DNA of 32,000 nt, taken from the NCBI GenBank assembly GCA_022843095.1, contig JALHOH010000001.1, positions 480,001 to 512,000 on the forward strand, given 5' to 3'. How positions within the stretch are numbered: the stretch's first letter is position 1; each line of letters opens with the position of its first letter. Shown in pieces: positions 30,201-32,000 of this stretch. The position numbers and the translations under genes are program-made. This stretch comes from Candidatus Saccharimonadota bacterium (GTDB lineage: Bacteria > Patescibacteriota > Patescibacteriia > 2-12-FULL-60-25). The notes beneath the pieces are model-generated. The model had not been told where the DNA came from. It saw only the letters and a list, made by a program, of their open reading frames with translations, and searched no databases.

Positions 30201-31257
30201 CCTGAGCTGTGGAAATACCTGTGGCTTAGGTGGATGTGGTCGGTGCTCGGATACACTTCCGGCCGGTCAGGGTGCGACGGTTCAAGGGCAGGTATTCGAC
30301 GCGGTGTACTCCTTCGTTCCGGTGCCAAACGCGCGTGTCACCTTGTATGCGCAAGGGGTACGCGTGACAGAAACCTTTACGGATGAAGACGGGAGATTCC
30401 GAGTGACGGGGCTTCATCCGCGCACAGAATGCGGAGGCTATCGCATCGTCGTTGACTCCTATCGGGATAACCCGTGCACGGCCCTTTCTCCGACGGCGGC
30501 ACGTCCGGCGTGTGGTGGAAGTCCGCGGGTGGGGAACGGGGTGAATGAGGCTACGAATGGCGGATATTGGCCGTTCGAATCACGCCTGTTCAGTGCCACG
30601 AACTTTGCAACGGCTGTCCGAAATAGTGAAGGGAAGATCTTCTTGATCCCACGCGTTGGGCAGAATGAAACCTTGGCAGTGGCTAACTGGAATGGATCGT
30701 TACCGGGGAGCCGATACTTGGACGCGCACCTGAAATTGCCTCAAGGGTATTTGAACGGACTCGGACCGAACATTTACTGGGGCGCGCCGGGAAATGTGAA
30801 TGTGACGGGGACGAATCCGCACGCGTATCTGTACTGTTTCCACTCGGAGAATCCGGCGGATACGAGTTGTGGGAGCTTCCAGAATGGTCCGCAGTCCATC
30901 AAGTATCGTCGTGGAACCTGGGCGCGCAGCGGGCATTACGCCTACGGCTTGAACGACTGGGGGAAGCAAGGTATGAGCGCTGCGGTACAGTACATGTCCC
31001 GAACCATTCCGGACGTGATCGCCCGCATCGTGACCCAAGATCAATACTTTGAGGTCATTCCGCCGTCGACGCCACCTTCTTGTGGATCAGCTGGATCGCT
31101 CTGGCTCGTCATGGCACAAAATGCGGCCAGTGGTCAGGTGACGATCTTCAATCAAACTGGGGCAACAGGAGAATCGGTCGGGGGTCGGTTCGTGTGTAAT
31201 GGGGAGACCATCCCGGAACTTGGTGGAACCGTTTCCGCTTCGTTCCATGGTCTGTAG
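21271..31257 (+). CDS. Giant (3328 aa) multidomain surface protein with a TrbC/VirB2-like pilin hairpin at the N-terminus
   Basis: Uninterrupted 9987-nt ORF. The signal peptide ends ...IAPIVFA-QG. The hairpin is VLGLLGIIMVSLMVYAGFLWMTAGGNADQLERAKNIIRNAIIGLIIVMMSWAIATYVI, followed by a Gly-rich linker. Next come Ig-like modules, 4 IPT/TIG domains, 2 Cys-rich repeat arrays and a CarboxypepD_reg-like module. No C-terminal sorting signal was recognised. Confidence 0.9.
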   Translation: MTPFFRRALVALVPLLVGAVSLAIAPIVFAQGVDPGLQEVGSVVQLSAADPRVIAARIINVVLGLLGIIMVSLMVYAGFLWMTAGGNADQLERAKNIIRNAIIGLIIVMMSWAIATYVIRAIFGATEGTGGTSGTGPGGGPGGGLGGSGAGSGFQIQSLSPTGTTTIRNIEVRFLFNRPVAQPTAAAALTVVRLRDNAPVAGTLSVSGQLATFVPTAACPAPQADRKCFDAGEVFEIRVANTLRSEDGRSISCTPFTPPCRVRFETGTVVDTTPPQVNVTSPAAGQSVNASSVVRIVAEATDDAGVSLVEGFVDNVSIGRSAPSGATPRTFQGVMQWDPTGATIGTHAVRASANDVDSNVGQSAPVSFALRYGHCFNAVRDSDETGIDCGGSRCGACSGGTCSSGADCRSGVCQAGRCVEQPVVTNLSPRDGRPGTFVTISGYNFGTSGEVRFWNGSAFAVVALPPAQCGAAGTWTGSQVLVAVPVTAQSGPIQLTNGQTSLRDATNDANGPRLSDFTVNTVTRPGICAITPTSGAADTEVRVSGAGFGGTRGATDRLVFGETEPSSYVGWTDTEIRGNAPRVSPGSYPVSVKTATTESNAVNFDLIVPARTEPTIETVDPVAGPIGTYVTLSGRNFGSRVGVVRFQNIATGDVGTADVTFPAQCSTNWWRDTVVTVKVPATLGAGALGRPVGVGNYRITLERDGVSSNAVGFEVRTGTAAPGICAIEPIAGPVGVTTTAYGERFGGSAGQVTFQGAGTRVTASDVAEWQSNRFDVRVPNGSRTGAVKVRVGGQDSNGVAFTVANCQENPTAICGAGRECCANGVCAAAGTRCSAGPQSAMYAWRVSTGVIPVNPRVVEQCETTGATPLPPSPAPWDARTDGQNVCLNAAVTLRFNVNIVPGSLTNNVIVRKCTGTGANPCTAATNVAGSLTLRSAGTPGEYVYFVPTAPLEANATYEVQVRQQIQALGTNLQMEPQPSCGTGFGYCYRFRTGGPGATCQIQRVSVTPPAPRLTEPGATQDMDALPMTNGCVALSNAINWRWYAGRSAAPADQDSRATVTNTVLPSGNVASTQRATAVAETGATPVQLSAETVIPGQSPVRGYANLYINFVPPRIVTFGPSCQEACGNAAIYATFNVPMDPARLSANRVFLRKCTNENCDAYEPSTPITLCDSGVTYQDVRSGDRTITNGLLNIEPRDPARGCAPITLEAGRYYRVTVRNGTDGVFARNGLPLSVSETPANASAEGFTWTFRVKTTGGGRCVPSRVDVVPGEKIESLVGARQSFQATPVSAPDTCNAAGQRLVVDQSFSWNVQDGLVARLLNGRGGATVDTTNVLPANCSSQCLLTGANGALGRVANCGNSAIETTDGQYCRNGAVACAPGAAGCRTIHGDPCVVLAPGSRGGEQCDLGAANGAPGSLCSAQCTWTGATGAACGNGLVDRGEQCDAQRLTCAGGVNAGATCVRDADCGVGGTCTNRVPRPGCSSQCVAQGSIAGGSVCGEGSIGFGETCDDGNTSSGDGCSSMCLHEGSVRVSAICGNGVREPGEACEVGAGGVWPARCDRTTCLNQGTDRCAPAAPGAPVPANCCGNNVRDAGEDCDDNSGGCSERCLLKGSSASYAAPSFCGDGLPLGTGEQCEATTLGDGLVDSRQLAEIVGRGTVGANNIMSTQIRTTYETVNGSAVYGVACGKTREREDCNAGAPYVNGLTDQGCCMRRPVVTETRNPQRNETNVCRNAQIMFDFDQPMRAETLRQNIVLAEEIAGANCPAGTTNVTGVQAADRGVRGWMAFQWNRLVSWMFGTEATAAFCVGGVQASVASEDVVVALGGGVTATRTRAYLTIQNALKPNARYQIVVKGDPDLADAVKRGVRSRDGVVMGQDDVWTFTTGNQVCAASQLNVQDTFRAAPNLFKSRNESHAYQATIVSQQGTRLVPIVPVREYAWTWLPWSSSRRDVATAGAGTLIDEQLRQSTTTVQSVNKNGSALIGAGIRVSTDTVFTPSTVGRTITGSQLATVLLCERPWPFATGEYAGTTRFEDRRGSAVLRGTAFEAGPYFNFATLYCMDGASAQSTMDDLPAMSVRPVPLNDVDRAKGIRRQYFFTYETAGTEALQRDGIGIRVIENPLHYSPLEWYRAQGFTGQPKAVTVDGYEAVQDGTTYYVAAVNTDDDPFAGNVSTTIYVLSYNDGAQETTRGIFQQLVDNWTFNVNLTRGMEGTCVAADGQPMTRNGQVVPCVADWECAKSGVVATCANLKPKLQRDIVRISDFQKMNLRLATAFSGGGQYPNMSAGTFVPGMTTSKWPSWEGTLGTALGGSLPVDPVNRLITCGRCKDGSGRLGDICQDSSECATGSTCVNETGNVPASGFDPQTCWNAQAQQAMCPTLESALGAGGMSRVPSRFYQYRALDGGVRYELATELEGPGADRYDPPLIREVKACVGSSRLCVTDADCVTYAADGRTVLRRTTCAGTGGRWVYNNMCTGQRFGNDNVCGNRVIGAGEVCEVGDLRATACTLPDGRAGQKVQQCVECRGFSDAPSTICVPVSSCGNGIVERRKCFGGNGFKYGQTCSADTDCRDARDPAGTVMTCQDVPSPEVCDDGALNGTYGRCNRTCSGLGASCGDGQISGGESCDNGASNGAYCDTRTPGDGGAGCNLASSCGLDCRSQGPSCGNGTVDGPEQCDGGTQSTEKALCAGGVNDNQPCGQASDCPGGTCGGVAGREACTSVRRCTNDPARSCAADADCGTGICATYPAAHNRTCGAPRTANACRYGAWSGCEPVGGARCGDGRVDAGEECDDGNTNNGDACTASCRRNICGDGIVNAGIEECDRGSENGGSCSSEYGVSCLACSRDCRNIAQSGGYCGDGTRNGAEQCDRSDIPSGVSCRSLGYDFAQQVQCRYTQYATDAAGNVVCTSDEATIGFKCLRCSQGGVEGVAQDFGRCDTASCARGGCRYYPGSGVGGRGDVVATLDSRFKAACLAASPPQEILSCGNTCGLGGCGRCSDTLPAGQGATVQGQVFDAVYSFVPVPNARVTLYAQGVRVTETFTDEDGRFRVTGLHPRTECGGYRIVVDSYRDNPCTALSPTAARPACGGSPRVGNGVNEATNGGYWPFESRLFSATNFATAVRNSEGKIFLIPRVGQNETLAVANWNGSLPGSRYLDAHLKLPQGYLNGLGPNIYWGAPGNVNVTGTNPHAYLYCFHSENPADTSCGSFQNGPQSIKYRRGTWARSGHYAYGLNDWGKQGMSAAVQYMSRTIPDVIARIVTQDQYFEVIPPSTPPSCGSAGSLWLVMAQNAASGQVTIFNQTGATGESVGGRFVCNGETIPELGGTVSASFHGL
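21418..21639 (+). other. TrbC/VirB2-like two-helix pilin-type domain (copy 2)
   Basis: Same layout as 19547..19768. The loop-encoding DNA is nearly identical (ttgtggatgacggccgg.gg.aat at 21508-21531 versus 19637-19660). Confidence 0.65.
22534..23679 (+). other. Four tandem IPT/TIG-like domains within the giant protein
   Basis: The units begin PVVTNLSPRDGRPGTFVTISGYNFG, PGICAITPTSGAADTEVRVSGAGFG, PTIETVDPVAGPIGTYVTLSGRNFG and PGICAIEPIAGPVGVTTTAYGERFG. This is the classic P.I..i.P..Gp..Ggt.vtI.G.nF pattern. Confidence 0.75.
25342..26180 (+). other. Cysteine-rich repeat array 1 (CGNG..GE.CD type, Myxococcus cysteine-rich repeat / DUF4215-like)
   Basis: Units include CGNGLVDRGEQCD, CGEGSIGFGETCDDGNTSSGDGCSSMC, CGNGVREPGEACE, CGNNVRDAGEDCDDNSGGCSERC and CGDGLPLGTGEQCE. 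Confidence 0.7.
28717..29870 (+). other. Cysteine-rich repeat array 2 (same repeat type)
   Basis: Units include CGNRVIGAGEVCE, CGDGQISGGESCDNGASNG, CGNGTVDGPEQCDGG, CGDGRVDAGEECDDGNTNNGDACTASC, CGDGIVNAGIEECDRGSENG and CGDGTRNGAEQCD. Confidence 0.7.
30277..30460 (+). other. Carboxypeptidase-regulatory-like (beta-sandwich) module
   Basis: Sequence TVQGQVFDAVYSFVPVPNARVTLYAQGVRVTETFTDEDGRFRVTGLHP...YRIVVDS fits the G.V.D....P...A.V.l......t.TdadG.F.l..L..G.Y pattern. Confidence 0.55.
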
Positions 31258-31260
31258 TCT

Positions 31261-32000
31261 ATGTCACGTCGTGTCTTGCTCATCGTGGTTACAAGTGCCG
31301 TCGCCCTCGTTCTCGTGGGCGGCGGCATTTGGCTGCTTCGGAATCGATCGATAAATGGGGTTCAGGAGACGCCAATTGCCACAGAGTCTTCGCCGGAACC
31401 AACGCCTGAGGTAAATGGGTCCACGGTGCCGCCACCGGTGTACGCCACCAATACGTCGATTGCGCCAAAAACGCTTCCGGATGGAACGCGTATTGCAGGG
31501 CGAGAGGTGGTTGCGCGTGATCAGGATGGAGACGGGTTGTCCGATGCAGATGAGGCGGCGATCGGTACGGACGCACAAAAAGAAGACACGGATGGTGATC
31601 GTTTATCCGACCATGCGGAGGTGTTTGTGTATCGGACCGATCCGTTTGCTGTGGATGCGTTGGATGGTGAGGGAAAGCCGGTACGCATCGAGTATTGGTC
31701 TACGACGACCCGGAGCGGGGTGACCGCACCATCAGCGTCGATGTCTACCTCGACGAATGCGCCAATCGCCCCGGTTGAGGAAGATCGAGATCGCGACGGA
31801 TTGTCTGCGACTCAGGAGGTGCAACTCGGAACGGATGATCAAAAAGCGGATACGGATGGGGATGGATTATCGGATCGGGAAGAGGCGCAGGTGTATCGGA
31901 CCGATCCAACAAAGGCGGATTCTGATGAGGATTCCTTCCTGGATGCACAAGAAATCCAATCAGGGTATAATCCTCTAGGATCAGGTCGTTGCATCCGTCC
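31261..32000 (+). CDS. Membrane-anchored protein with thrombospondin-type-3-like Ca-binding repeats (3' end beyond the window; not in the supplied ORF track)
   Basis: My own translation of frame 1 from ATG 31261, 4 nt after the giant gene's stop, finds no stop codon up to base 32000. It begins MSRRVLLIVVTSAVALVLVGGGIWLL (TM segment). Repeats then follow: DQDGDGLSDADE, DTDGDRLSDHAEVFVYRTDP, DRDRDGLSATQE, DTDGDGLSDREEAQVYRTDP and DSDEDSFLDAQEIQSGYNPLG. Confidence 0.75.
   Translation, partial: MSRRVLLIVVTSAVALVLVGGGIWLLRNRSINGVQETPIATESSPEPTPEVNGSTVPPPVYATNTSIAPKTLPDGTRIAGREVVARDQDGDGLSDADEAAIGTDAQKEDTDGDRLSDHAEVFVYRTDPFAVDALDGEGKPVRIEYWSTTTRSGVTAPSASMSTSTNAPIAPVEEDRDRDGLSATQEVQLGTDDQKADTDGDGLSDREEAQVYRTDPTKADSDEDSFLDAQEIQSGYNPLGSGRCIR

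Noticed and set aside
21797-31044. Many 60-444-aa ORFs on both strands inside the giant gene, for example 25189..26523(-), 25193..26254(-), 23884..24804(-), 28429..29301(-), 28997..29590(-) and 29302..29946(-).
   Set aside because: Their compositions are extremely biased (R/H/P/T-rich). They overlap each other in several frames and are all nested in an uninterrupted 9987-nt ORF that has clear domain content. They are typical GC-rich shadow ORFs.
1-32000. A mobile element, prophage or genomic-island origin was considered for the two accessory blocks.
   Set aside because: No integrase, transposase, tRNA attachment site, inverted terminal repeats or phage structural genes are visible. The only long repeat is the intragenic 433-bp paralog repeat. 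An island origin cannot be excluded without compositional statistics.

Overview
The window is a densely packed, almost entirely plus-strand bacterial stretch that looks moderately GC-rich by eye. No rRNA, tRNA, CRISPR array, transposase or integrase was found. All family calls come from motif recognition in the supplied translations, since no searches could be run.

The core is housekeeping: rpsB-tsf, gap, pgk, eno, miaB-miaA, lepB, hisS, rpsU-yqeY, two sugar-phosphate nucleotidyltransferases, a membrane metallophosphoesterase, a SIMPL/DUF541 protein and an EVE-domain protein.

Two accessory blocks stand out.

(1) 504..4183 holds three paralogous predicted lipoproteins. Each has a non-alignable, extremely acidic Asp/Pro/Val-rich tail on a conserved ~138-aa four-Cys C-terminal domain that I cannot assign to any family. 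Copies A and B share a 419-bp perfect direct repeat that starts at the domain boundary. Copy C shows short perfect-identity tracts.

(2) 19367..>32000 is a translationally coupled operon of surface proteins. It contains a 635-aa and a 3328-aa protein, both starting with a signal peptide and a TrbC/VirB2-like two-helix 'pilin' hairpin (conserved LWMTAGGN loop) fused to large ectodomains. The ectodomains carry SbsA-type Ig-like modules, four IPT/TIG domains, two arrays of CGNG..GE.CD cysteine-rich repeats and a CarboxypepD_reg-like module. A third ORF, open at the window end and absent from the ORF track, has a TM anchor and thrombospondin-type-3-like Ca-binding repeats.

The pilin-like anchors, the small DUF5654-like protein and the short EF-Ts suggest a CPR/Patescibacteria-type genome. 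That is inference only.

Other observations: -10-like hexamers sit 6-8 nt upstream of SD-less ATGs (gap, pgk, miaA, lepB). The rpsB leader is structured. A two-gene module of unknown function lies on the opposite strand.
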